In this document: positions 10,853 through 24,000 of the stretch, in pieces
How positions within the stretch are numbered: the first letter of the stretch is position 1
Layout: each line of letters starts with the position of its first letter
NCBI GenBank assembly: GCA_000708835.1
Contig: DF237618.1
Coordinates: 1-45,252, forward strand
Length of the DNA: 45,252 nt
Source of the DNA: Klebsormidium nitens
Taxonomy: Eukaryota; Plantae; Klebsormidiophyceae
Reading direction: 5' to 3'
The notes under the pieces: generated by a model
Database searches by the model: none
What the model was told of the DNA's origin: nothing
Seen by the model: only the letters and a program-made list of their open reading frames with translations
Made by a program: the position numbers and the translations under genes

Positions 10853-13045
10853 AGCCAAAACCTTTCTTGCGGAGAGTTGCTGGCTGGCCGTTCGGTGCGG
10901 TCCCCTGAAGATGACGACATCATTCACGGTATTCCGACGACAATCTGTTGCTTAGCGACCAATGATTTGGCAAATATTCTCGAAGAACTAAAGTTGGAAC
11001 TGATGATTGCCGAATCCGGAGTCCCGCTGGCGGCCGGTTACTTACACCTTCCAATAATTGGAGATGCTATGGTGGACCGACCCGGTTGGTCATCTGGGCC
11101 CAGCTAGGTACCGGTAGGGTTTCGGGGGTGGTTTCAACTTTCCTCAGGTTGCAATATGAACTGATAGTTTTCGTACACTCCTTGCTGATCTTTGAAGAGG
11201 TACCGTGGTACATCGGAAGGAACCGATCTGAGCCGGCTTCAACGCGGGCGCCGTTTATGGAGCGGCTCAGTAATTACACAGAGTCAAAGGGAATCAGGAA
11301 ATCAGTGAAGTCAAGTATCTCACGCGCCTCAATGTCCGGCTCAGTGGCTTGACGACGTGTAAAATCGATCGGTGGTCATATTCGGTGGGTACTCGGAGGG
11401 AGTCTGTGCATGTGCACGCGCCTCAGCCTGAACCACAGCAGGTCATTCGTATTTGTTCTAGCCAACAGGATCGATGGAAGAGAACGCGTATAAACGTATA
11501 ACCAATCACCCGATCACATTCATCCACCTCAGCCCAATTGCTGCCAGTTTTACTTGAAGATATATGAGGTCCCACTGCAATCGAAATTTGCGCTAGACTG
11601 CTCCGTAGCGGGGTGAGATATCGATATCGATGGACCTCCGTAGTACCGACACGCGATCGATCGAGCTTATCGTCAGTTCCGACCCATATGCTAACGCTTT
11701 TTTAACCCACGTAGGGGCACTCTCGTGATTGCGTTCCAGGAAGCCAAGACTTGGGCCTCTCACTGCATACCATAGGTTTGCACGCTTCATGACGCCGCCG
11801 TGATTCTAAAACACCGTGCAATGCCTTTCAATATTGTTGAGTTGCTTCTACACGAAGGACGGGAGTGCCTGTACGTACAACTGGAAGGCAGCGGATGACC
11901 ATCTGGCCGGCACACGGTAGTCCTGACGCCGAAAAGGATTTGACCTGGTAGAAAGCCCAGAGAATCCCGTATCTGAACGGCGCTTGAAGGAAAAGTTCCA
12001 TCTAAGTGGTAAACGAGGTGCTCGGATTTCAGCATGGGCTCATGGAAATGAAATCGCCGCAAGTTCATGAGCTTGCAGCAGCTCATAACACGAACTATCA
12101 CGGCCGCGGCTTGCACACTCAGGTCCAAGTCTTTGCTATTGATCGGCAACATGTACTTCGATGGAAGTCTTTCAGGCGTCAGAAAAGGATAATAAAATGA
12201 GCTAGGAGGGGCAGTTACCGATGCTGTCGGGTAACGTCCTTCCGCCCAGTGTAATATTCAAAGCTAAGGTGAATCATATAGTCAGACCCTGGACCGGCTT
12301 CTGGACCCAGCTTCCCTCTCGAGCATATTGTGCCATGTAATTTCAGAGCCCTAAGAGACACAGGCGATCCACTTGACGCAGCGCACATTATAAGCATAAG
12401 GCTACTACAATTTGGCCGGACTTCCCTCAAGCTGGACTGACGGGCGCGCGCGGACAGGCGGAGGGCCCCGCTGGCCCAAAGGGCGTGTCGAGCTCTCTGC
12501 AAACCAGCCGAACTCTACTAACCGGTGTTTGTACATGCTCCGAGGCTCGAATCGGGGGGGCACAAGCCAAAGGTTCCTGTCAGCTCCGCGCATGGGCATG
12601 GTTCCCTAGCTGGAAGAAAAGGCCGCTTGTTGTTTCCGAGTAAGCTCGAGGACTATACAAGCTCCAACAAAGGAGTGGGTCGTAGTAACTTGTAAGGCTC
12701 ATGATTGCGGTCGGTTGGCAAGTGCATGTGAACCTCCAGAAGAAGTCGTGAGCACACGCTTTCGACAAACCAAGCACGAATCGGGGGGTTTTGGAGATGC
12801 AAAGAACTCAACTAGAGAAGTAGGTCCCTCGTAGATGTGATTCGATAACAGCCCGCATGCTGACGGCAGAGCAGATGGGAAGGACCATGCGGCTTTCGCT
12901 ACGACCCCTATCAAATTGAGCAAAAGCTCTCACGCGGTGCTTCGTCACAGCCGTTCCCCGTGCTTCCATTCTGTTGGCCTGAAGTCACGTGATGAGCGCG
13001 ACCGAACGCGCAGTCGCGACCAGATTCTAGCGCGTAAGAATCATG

Positions 13046-15446
13046 TTAGTGAGGGGGAAGCGAGACGATGTGGTCAATCAGACCGACTACCTTTGAGAAA
13101 GACAACCCCGCGACAGATTGGCGCCTAAGAATCTGAGGCCAGAAGTCCGGTGCGCACCAAATTGACGTCAAAGAAGCAGGTTTTAAGACACCGAAAAAGC
13201 CCTCTTCACCGGTAAGTGACGTGCACCGAAACGGAACAAGCTTGATAGGCGTCAAGTGCAAAGGGGCGACAGCTCTACCAGATTCAGACGACTCCTTGAG
13301 GCAACTTTGAAATTGCAACCCACTGTAACTCTGGTGGCCGGCGCAGAAAACCGGCCATAGAATGACAACCCGAATCAGAGCGACTTGTCTCGAAGTTCTG
13401 GGCCTCGTTCGGCAAGTCATGGCAAAGTGAAGATTCTGAGTTTGAATGATTGTTTGCAGAGTATCGTAGCTCTCTAATGAAAAGAGCAAAGGCAGTACTG
13501 AGCAACTGCTGCTCAGCCGGCATGCTCCCGATCATGGCCGTGTTACGTTTCTTCCACGTGGACCAGCACGCCCACTGCAGTTCACGACAAGTCGGACCTA
13601 CATTCCAAGACGGGTCAATGGATACAAGAAGGCTTAATCATCCGGTCTAGCTTCCAAGAATGTTTTGAGGTGAAGACGCAAGAAAGTTGTCAGGAGGCCT
13701 GGCGTATACGCAGACTCAAAAGTTTTGGTAAACGCAAGACAAATTCAGACACAGGGCTGTCCACTCAAATAAAGGAGGGATCAGGAAGCAGACGTTGCGC
13801 CAAAACATCAGACTAAAGTCGGCGTCTGTTTGAAATCTTCCACATGACTTTAGTCTCTCCGAGTACGCAGAAAAAAAACTAAGACGTAATTTGATGAGCA
13901 TCTACGGTCGACCGGTTGGATCGTGTTGAGAAGAACTCAAACGTCACATGTGACGTCCTTTCGTTGAGCCGAATGTGGAGCGCTCACTTGTAAATGCGTC
14001 ACTATCACAGCCTTGGTTATGTAAGTTAGCTAGCCCGACTTCATAAGACCGAGTCAAAGGGCCTGCGAAGTTCTGGAACGACAGGAAATCCAGTGGAAGC
14101 CTATCTTTTACCAATCGGGCGATTACCAGGCCTAGTCCTCGTTGCTGAATGTGGGCTCGAAACGCTCAACGTGGCGTCAATTTGCGGAGTACGAGGGAAG
14201 CAGCTCTGAGCGTCTTGCTCAGGTACGTACTCAGGCGTGGTAAGTTGTTCACGGCCAGGAGCAGAGCGATCCAGTGTCGACAATAATCGGAAAGTATCAA
14301 CTCACTTGAGGTTCCGGTTGGGAAGAGATTCCCCGATGGAGTCGATCTTCAAATCGACCTTCACATTTGACCCGTGCAGTACGCAATCTAGCGCGGCAGC
14401 AATACACTGTACCTGCACTTGTACAGTTGTCTTATGTGGACCAGAGTTGCAAGGTTCGTGGCCCTAGCGAATTTTGAAGAAGCATGATCTGAAGAATGAC
14501 GTCATGCTCATCTACGAACCGATATAACCCCATCTTCCTCACACATTTGTCGCCGTAACAACATGGTACTCCTCAGTCTGAGGCAGTGTCACTTTGTAGA
14601 ATGATGCCGCGAACCGGCAGTCGTCCGGGTGCCACTAGAAAGATCTCTGGGACTTCTGTGCTGCCCGTCAGAAAAAGCTATCCACCACCAATGCGTGGTG
14701 CGTCTTTTGTATTAAAAGTCGTGTCCACCGGAGGTGTTCAACAGAGCCACCTCGCCTCTCAACCAGAGGCAGTTCCGTGGAAAAGCTTGGGCGCTCCCGG
14801 CCAGCTAAGCATACGTTTCTATCCTTGCATAGAGCAAGAGCGTTTCGAATTTGGCGAAACTCAGCGTTGCTGCCCTAAAAGCCAAGAATTTGACACAGCG
14901 AAAGCGAAGTGGACCGAACAGAAGTTTCGTTTTCAGGAAAGCCAGCAGGTGTGTGCAGATAGCCTTCAAACGAAGAGACTTTCGAATAGCCTTTCCGGAT
15001 GAGCGGCTCCGATTTTACTTCCTCCCCTCAAAAGTGAATAAGCTAACTGCTCATCCTTGGCTCGTCACAACCATCGTGCATCAAAGTGGTCTTGTTACAA
15101 AGAGTTGATTGACGATGCTCGATTTGGAAGTCTATAAGTCAAGTGCTGCCGGAGCCGGTGATTCTATTAGCCGTGAATCTGCATCGCAGGATCCGTAATA
15201 CAAGTATCCTACAAGGATCCGTAGTACAAGCTCTGGTTTCAATAAGCTTTGGTTCTGAGGAACCCAGAAGCTGGGGGTTTGACGAAGTTCACATAGGAAA
15301 CTCGTACGTAGCTGAACGGTCCGACGGAAGACGACTAAGCCTGACTCTTGGCAGCACCCCCTAATCACAAAGCTTCCGCGTGCTGCGACGCGAAAAGGTG
15401 TCATCCAGGCCTTTGCCAAAGCACTGTGAGAGAAACAAAGCCCCAA
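13046..15446 (-). pseudogene. Possible further decayed LRR-like fragments
   Basis: Minus-strand ORF pieces contain PPELQWVAISKLP, RCTSLT, PASLTSIWC, SFVIRGC and PELVLRIL. Peptide resemblance only. Confidence 0.2.
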
Positions 15447-18099
15447 ATGATGAGAATTTCACTTCATGATTCGTTATTTGCGGCTCACGTTCGCAGATCA
15501 CCCAGCATACTCTGTTGAGCTACTATGCTCATGCAAGACTTCGTTTTGGCCAAAAGTAACGGGAAGATATACAAAGCGATTTTCAAAAGCTATGCTTGGA
15601 AGCGCAAGGAAAATGGAAGCCGGCTTCTCTGGGTCACTGTGCATCACGCGAAGTCAGGGAGAGACAGGTGGTGTAGACAAAATCGAGCCCATTGCACCAG
15701 TCTTCCTCCTGATTCATCTATCTTCTTAAGCCCCGGTAGCCCATAAGAAAGAGGAACTGAGTTGAGACACCAAGATTTACGGGTCATGAACTGGGGATTG
15801 CATCATTGTGGTCAGCCATTATCTTGAGTGTCAAAGAAAGTGGCCTCATCCACTTAAGACACCTACTTGTTCTAAGCGTCTCGGTGCTCAGGAGTCGGAT
15901 CAATCTGAAGTCATGGCCGGCTGATGCCCTATTATACAGATTGTGGTTTTAATATGCAATCGCCTATTTCGTGGCAGCTTCAAAGAAGCATATCTTCTGA
16001 TCTGCCGCCTTCGGAGAGGGGCGCTGCCGTGACTCTAGCTGATCCTGAGCTGCTCTAGTGTTTTCACACCTTTGGTGCCCAAGCTCTCGACTTGCATTCA
16101 GATGTGGTGTTGCAAACGAAGGTTCACGACGTAAGCAAATTCTGACGAAACGGGCAGTGCACCACTTTGGTTGATATGAACGAGTCTCTAGTTCTAAATC
16201 TGTTTAGGACATTGGATTGCTTTGCACCAGGTTTAGGTATCAATGGCTGCCCCAACACAAAGGCGTACGAATCTAATCCAGATTAATGTCAATTCATCAA
16301 GAAGTGAAGGTTCGTGCCTTTTTGCGTCTCAACAGCCACCGAGCAGCTCCAAAGTGAACTGCGGCGGCGTGCTTTTTCTGACGTACGAAGGCCATCCGAT
16401 CCTGATCTCGAAGCGGTTACTTACGTGTCGTCAGCCCACTGGTTTACAAGCTTCATGTCGTAATCCGTAATGCATTTAAAAGCCCACCGCTTTGATTGAT
16501 GGGCTGAGACGAAAAGCTTGCCGGACGCTTTGAAAAAACATAAGGCCGCACTGCCATATACGTGAACAATAAAAATGGCCTCCCTAACCGGGAGGCATTG
16601 TCGCGGTTAGTGTGGTTCAATGTGTCTGAGTTGTGGCCTCGTGGGTGCGGCTGCGCGGCCGGCAGAGTTTGGGGGCTCGAGTCGTTTAAATGAGTTAGAG
16701 TGGGTTAAAGTGGGTTTGAGGATGCATGCCTAGTAGGTTAGGGTTTCTCGGACGATCAATGTTTGCAAGTCAACGGTTTGGATAGAGGGGAAGATGAATC
16801 GACGGTTTTCGGTCTTCAAGGTCAATGACACGTTGGCAGGCGGTAAGGGTTTGGCCAATAGGATTACGAATAACATTAATAACCTTACCGCGAAATTGAC
16901 ATGCTAATACAGGGAGGCAACTAGATTTTCAACAAGGTTTCAGTTCGTTCTTCGAGCAGAAAGCAATCACGATATCTCGTGCACCAACCCTGCACGATTC
17001 ACTCACAAAAAGCCGGGAGACACTGTGATCAGTAGATCAGCCCGTTCCGCATTGACTCAGGAAGAGCCGCGGCACTCATACCAGGAGCAAGGCACGTACG
17101 AGAAAGCATGCAAGAAGCACGGGCGCAGACTAGTGCAATCGCACACGTCACAGTCAACCCTACATAAGTATATGCAGCGTCCGCTGCCGTCGCTGAGTCC
17201 TCAGTGCTGGCTTTCTGAATACAGATGGAAGCATCTGGGCAAGGTTGCTCGTGGCTTTGCCTCGTCACTGCCAGTTTCAAAGATCGAAAACCCTCAAAAG
17301 GACACAACCGATCTGGAAAAACGCACCGCTACACTTCGGGTATTGCCGGCCTTGCAAGCCTCCAAAAGAAGCAGTGATTGTTGCACGTTAAATAAAGCCA
17401 GTCTAGGGGGAAACCGCACCCGCAGCGCTTGAGAAGTCGATTATTGTTGACCTGGACTTTCTCTTGAAGAAGCGTCGCTACTCATTGACGAGCTATTGGA
17501 CGAGGGTTTAGCTTTCGGCAAGCTTAAGTTGAGCGTCATCCGCGGAGCCCACTGGTGCATGTGCGCTTGCGGAACACACGGGGTTTTGCAGTTGTCAAAG
17601 AAGCTCTGGAAAATGTGGACCAGAAGCCAAGAAGCGCGGCATGAGATGTGCAATTTGAAAGAAAAACGAAGGAAGTGCTTGGAAGCTCCATCGGCCTTGC
17701 AAGTCTGAGATGCAGTGTCACGGTGAAGACGTTTTGTGTGACAAATATGACGTCACGTGCTTCGCACGAAGCAACCAATCAGCGGGTGATTGAGAACATG
17801 GATCGATGGAATTTGAAGTAGCAGTGTAAGCATGGAGACTTCAGGTTGAGATGTTTAGCAAGGGCGTCAGAACTGCGGAGCACGCAATGAGCGTGACGCT
17901 CAAAAGCTCCCGACTTCACGGCCCAAATCGCCTTTATTTGGGACGTTAAAAGGAAGTCAGATTCCGGGCTTGGAAGACTTTAATCTTGGAAGCCAAAGCC
18001 CTTCCTCTTTGGAATATTTTCTGGCAAGCGGTAAATATGACTGAGATTAACGTCCATGTCGGCGCATCTTCCCCATGAGCGTTTTGCCCATTAAACTGC

Positions 18100-21000
18100 C
18101 CAAGCACTCGCGGCAAAGAGAGAGAAAACAACCTGCTCTTATTAAACCCGTCAGAATTTCACGGCGCAAAATTGAATTCAGACCCATTTGCAGGTAGTCC
18201 ACCAGCCCAAGCGAATGCGCAGGTTGATGGGCTTCGCGTGCAGGACCGCCTTGGGCATAGACAAACGGGCGCCATGCACTTGAAACGGGTGCCTGGTGAA
18301 ACCGGGAAGAAAAGGTGAGGAAAGCCGCCGTGCGATCGTTTTCGACACTGTTCAAGTCTTTTACAGGTTGAAAAACAAAAAGCGTGCAACAGAGCTCTTG
18401 GCACTCATTTGAACACTCTTCTGAGCTTTCCGCTCATATAGGCCCAAGCACTAATCATAGCCGCTCGATATCCCAAGGAGCGGTAGCGTGCTCCGCTAGC
18501 TTTAAAACAAGCCTTATGATAGGGTTTTTTTGACAAGGGAAAAGCATTCAGTGGTCAGTCAAGGGGTGAGCAAAACATATTGGGACACGCTTGTCAAGGA
18601 TCATCAGTTATCTTTTATAACGCGTGCACCCCTCACGGAAAGAACCTGCTCGAAGCGATCCGTTAGCTTCAGGCATGCACCGGACAAACTTTCAGAGACT
18701 TGTCGATTACCAGTAGTAGGCGGCTCCCGTTCAAATGAGGATAGCAACGAGCTTCCTGCTACGAAGGAGGGGTCTTCCTTTCCAGCTCTTCAACACTTAC
18801 GTACGCAAAACCGGGACGTAATACTAATTTGTGAAAGCAGGGGTAGGAAGCAGGACAGCCAATTGAAAGAGGAAGCTTGAAGCGCACCCCACACCGCACT
18901 CGGCCAGAAATTCAGGAAAAGCTTCACCGGCCGTCAACAGCGGGCGAGTTCCGCCCAATGCGAGGGAGGAACTAACCATCTCAATCTGACTAAGCAGTCT
19001 AGTCAGAAGACAGGTGGCACCCAACCCGAGCGGCTAAAATTGTTGCCGGTGGCGGCTGAAATGATACACACCCCCAAGGAAGCAACGGTTCAGGCAAAGC
19101 GACTCGTTTCAAACAGCTACTAGACACGGCAAAAATCAAAACTTGTGACAAAGAAGCAACCGGCACGCCCTCATCTCGAAGCGCCCGAAATCGGACTTAA
19201 GCTTTCCGAAGTTAAGGACTGGTTCTTTGGCGTCACGAGTGTCCACTTCAAAAATAGTTGAGCTTTGCATGGCTCATAGGCACGTCGATCACAGCCCACA
19301 CAGTCCAGCCTTTGAGCCCGGTGTACCCACGCAAGCTTTCTAGCTAAACTATTGCTTCCATAAGTGCTCAAGCGCCCGCTTACAGACACCTCCGCTCTCA
19401 CCATCAATGTCTCTGGTTGCGTCAGAGTACGCAGTCATCTACGCTAAAAGATCCTGTTCACCGAATGGTAAGACTACAATCAGGTACGTAAACAGGTGCG
19501 GCGTCGGTTTTTCGTCGGAGAGGTAGGCTGAGCACTGGACCCAAAGGAAAACTCGCCTGCTTAGAAGTCAGGGGGACTCAGATTTGGTCAGATTCTCGTC
19601 TCTGAAATTGTGGGTCTACGAAGATAAGCCATGCTCTTAGCGTCAAGAGTTGTCAACAAAATAGGCAGACGTCCACCATACGTGTTGAATGAGGCTCTGG
19701 AGAGTGCGCGACCCGTTTGATCAGAGGACGAATGTTGAGTGCGCACTGCGGAATCAAACGAGCCAATCTCAAATCAGGAAAAACAAGATTTTGTAAATAC
19801 TCGAGACTGCATGTCACTTTGGGAAGCGCTACAATATTAGGGACTTCTGACTTCTGTGTCGAAGACTCATTATAAGGGCGAAGAAGAGCCCCGACGAAGC
19901 TGGGCTACATTTGTGACAGCGCGCAAAAAGCAATAGCAGGCGTATACACGTGCGTTGAAGTGGCACGCGTCGGTCGCAGAAGACTCATCTTACAGTAGTT
20001 AACCTGGCTTGAGACACTGGAAGGATCCTGGATTCTGAACGGAAATGCTCAGCTGGGTCGATTCATCACTGCCAGTAATGACAACGAACAAGACTAGCAG
20101 GGGCCAGGAAAGACCAACTGACCGGACCCCAGATCACTTTGCTTACCGTGAGCGCAAATATTGCAAGGACGGGCCATTCGTTCACAAGCCCACGGTCTCA
20201 AAAGGAAAATGATAAATGCGCCACAGAGCAGTGCGTCAAGTCGCACCGAGACTCCTGAATTTGAAGACGTCAGACCTCTCGCTGTAAGAGCTCAGCTTCC
20301 GCTCATCTCAAGCGACTTCCAAGTGTAGTGCCATCACGGATGAGTATTCGCTAGACAAGCTCTGAGAATCGATTGTAAGTTGCTCCAAATCCTGACGGAA
20401 GGAAGGAAGCCACAAGGCCGGATGTAATTCAGGGGGCGGAACGAATCGCAAGCTTGAGGAGAACCGTGTGCCCAGTAAGGTGTTCGTGCAATCGAGCTGC
20501 GGTGAGCACAAGTTCCAAGGGAAGACTTTCCGAAGCGGCATCACGATTCGGACGAGACATCCACTGAGGCTGCCGCTCACCAGCCCGTCATATCGATCAT
20601 CACCGGCAAATGAACGTGAGCCTTTATTTACAACGAAAGTAAAAGGAGCAGAAAAGAAAACCAAAAAAATTGCGTCACGGGCGTACGAGCTGACGTCGGA
20701 CACGAAGCTGAAAGCCGACACGTCAGCAAGCCTTGTGGCACGTGTTTGAATTTCACGGCTGGCATGCAACTCGAAAGATGCGGCGTTGTTTGTGGCTCTA
20801 CACGTCATACCCACTGTTTGGCTCCCGGCCGCCCCAGAATTTTAGGGGCGCAGAATGTCACGGTGGGGCTGATAAAGCTCCGGTTTAAGAAGGTTCTAGA
20901 ACTATGAGAGTATAATTCCTACGTCCTTCATGTGAGTCAGGCATGTAGCGTCATAAGCCTTCGGGGGTGAGAATTTCCTGGTCGCGATTTCGGAGTCAGC

Positions 21001-24000
21001 CACCAAGTACTAATATCAGACGAAACGAACGTCGCGGCGTCACAATGCAAAGTACCACAGCCTCTGCTGACCTTCAATTGCGGCCCCGGAGGCCCGACGC
21101 ATATCATCACTGCCTCTAGCCCTTTCCAAGACTGAATAAAACATAGATGAATCCGGAACGATTGTTCACAGTGAACCCTTTCAAGGTGATTACGGGCTCA
21201 CAAACGGAAGCCTTGCATGCGCCACGCGTCGAAAGCACTGCTATTTGAGGCTGCAATACCATGTGATTGTTAGCTTCTTGTTCAAGTTGAAGCCTTGAAA
21301 GGCAGAAAAAGTGTTAAATGAACAAGTCAGAAACACAGCATTAAGCCACTACGATCAACTCGGTTAGGGCGCCCCTAGCTTGTCAATTCCTCAGCTGAGA
21401 ATGGTCGAGTTCGGGCTTTCAATGTGGACCACAAACGGTCCCAACAAGGGACTCACGATCACTAAAACTACTGCAAGTGCAAGTCGCTAAACGTGCCTGC
21501 CGTTGCACGCGCATTGACGTAAGTCCCGTTCCGGAACCGCAATTGCACTAGCAGCGTGTAGAATCCGAAGTCTATGAAGTTTAGAAAGGCATCACTGTCC
21601 ACCGCTGACGACCTGAGCTTTGGCAGGCTCAGCTTGAGCGGTCATCATTGCCACAAGTTATAGTGTGCTTAACAGGCCAGTTTTGGACGGTCGTGAGAAG
21701 AGTTGTGGATTTTGTTGACCAAGGGCGTGGCACAAATTTTTTGGAAGAGCGAACTACGGACAGAAGCGTGTGTCAAAGAACGTTAACTCGCGTAATTGGG
21801 CTGTAGTATCAAAATCACGGGTTTTTTGATGACCAAAGTGAGCTCGAGGCTTGAAAGTCTCTGCCCCACAGCAAACAACGAAAGGGTGAAAGTCCAGAGA
21901 CTAATATTCATGTCGATGTGAAGAAGCAGTACACGCTTGGAATTTCGGAGTAAGATCTACGAGGGCGTTATCCGAAAGCGAGCGTGGAGGCAGAGTAGGA
22001 AGCAGGACAGCAGAAAATGAGAGCGGCACCTTGAAACGCAACTCGCACCGAGTCACACGGCCAGAAAGTCCGGAAACCTCACCGGCCGTCAACAGTGGCA
22101 GACTCCATTTAGATATCGCCAGGAAGGAACTATCCATTTCAATCTGATTCAGCAGGTCGCCAGCCAGAGGAGTGGCACTCAACCCGAGCGGTCAAATGCG
22201 TGCCGCTGGCGGCTGATATTCACCGCCAAGAAAGCAAGGATCAGGCAAAGCGATCCATTGCAAATAGTTACTAGATGTGGCAGCAAAAAAGCACTTGTGA
22301 CGAAGACGCGACCGGCACGCCATCATGTCTAAGCGCCTGATACCGGGCTTAATTACCCTTTCCCAATGGAAAGACGACTGATTCTTTGGCGTCACGAGTG
22401 CCAACTTACAGCTGAGCTTTGCATGACTCAAAACACGTTGATCACTGCCCACACAGTCGGCCTTTGAACCGGAGTACGCACGCAAAAAGTCTAGCTAAAC
22501 CAGTGCTTCCACATGAATAGTGTCCAAGAGTCGCTTACAGACACAGTCAACAAGATGTTTTTGGCTGGACGTCCACCATACGTGTTGGAGTAGGTTCTGC
22601 GAAGTTCGAGACTCTCTTAAAAGGGGATGTATGTCAAGTGCACAGGCGAATATAAACGCGCCAATCTCGAAGGAAACCCTCAACTTTTCGTCAATACTCG
22701 AGACCGTGTAATGATTACCCCCAAGCAATGAACCAAAACGGGTATCGCCGAAACTCCTGAACTCGATCAAGACGTCAGACTTCTCGCTGATTGAAAAGCA
22801 CGCCTTCCTCTCATCCCAAGTCCAGTCCCATCACGGATGAATACTCGCAAGACAAGCTGCAATTTTTTATATAAGATGAAGTCGATTCAAATTGTCGGAT
22901 TGGGAAGGAAGAAAGCCAAAAGGCAGGATGCGGATGAAAGGCCGGCACGGATTGCAAGCTTGAGGAGAACCGTGTGCCCAGTAAAGTGTTCCGTGCAATC
23001 AAGCTGCGGTGCGCACAAGTTCTGAGGGTATACGTTCGAAAACGGCATCACGATTAGGAGATACATCAAACGAGGCTGCCGCTCATCAGCATGTTACATC
23101 GATCATCACCGGCAGATGAATTCATGGGCCGGTACATCACGCCGAACAAGTAACAGAGGAAGCATAAAACTAAGACTTGAGCAGCTGTCCCAGTACGGGT
23201 GTACGACCTGACAGTATGACGCTTACGATACAGCCGACACGTCAGCAAGCATTGAGCAGGTGGTTGTACTTTACGGCAGGCTTGCATACAACTTGTCCTA
23301 TGCAGCTCTGTTCGTGGCTCCACACATTCCCGCGGGCATGAGCTTCCGGCCCAATTTTACGGGCACAAAATGTCACGGCCTGGCTGACAAAGCTGGTTAA
23401 AGAAAGTCCAAGCCTGAGATACCAGAGTATGGTTCCAACGTCCATTCAATTAGTCAAACACGAAGCTTCATAAGCCTCATGATGCGTGAGCTTTCCTGGT
23501 CGCGAACTTCAGAGTCCGCATCCATCAAGTCATATCAGACAAAACGAACGTTGCGGCGTCACAATCATTGCATATTACCTCAATCTCCTATTTGACCTTC
23601 AGCGGCCATGGAGGCCCGACCCACATCATCACTGCCCCACGCCGTTTTGAAGAGACACAGCTGAATCTGGAACCAATTATCAGCCCCATCAGGTTGATCA
23701 GGGGGCTCGGATTCGTCGGGCCTTTCTTCTAAGATCAACTTGGGTAGAGCGGCCCTAGCTAGCTCGGTGATTTCATGGTCGAGAATGCTCAGGTTCGAGC
23801 TTCCACTGCGGGCCACGAAGGGTCCGAACCCGGACTCACCAGTATACTGGAAGTACTGCTAGGGCAAGTCGCTAAAATCCTACCATTGCACACGCGCTGA
23901 TATAAGTCCCGTTCTGGAAGCGGAAGCGCACCCGCAGCGTATAGGATTCGAAGTTTAACAGAGAGGGAAAGGCGTCAGTCTTCGCATACGAGTTTCCGGA

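Noticed and set aside
10009-10955. Overlapping 193-200 aa ORFs
   Set aside because: They arise from the GC-rich, stop-poor motif array on both strands and show no protein-like features.
16578-16596. Hairpin plus T-run read as a bacterial intrinsic terminator or sign of bacterial contamination
   Set aside because: No bacterial-type ORF upstream; the surrounding sequence is continuous with the intron-rich eukaryotic locus.
19078-19101. Plus-strand GSNGSGKA resembling a Walker A motif (GSGKA also at ~22238)
   Set aside because: The frame has nearby stops, the second copy is frameshifted, no Walker B was found, and shared stops argue that the minus strand was the ancestral coding strand. Kept only as an alternative for the consensus search.
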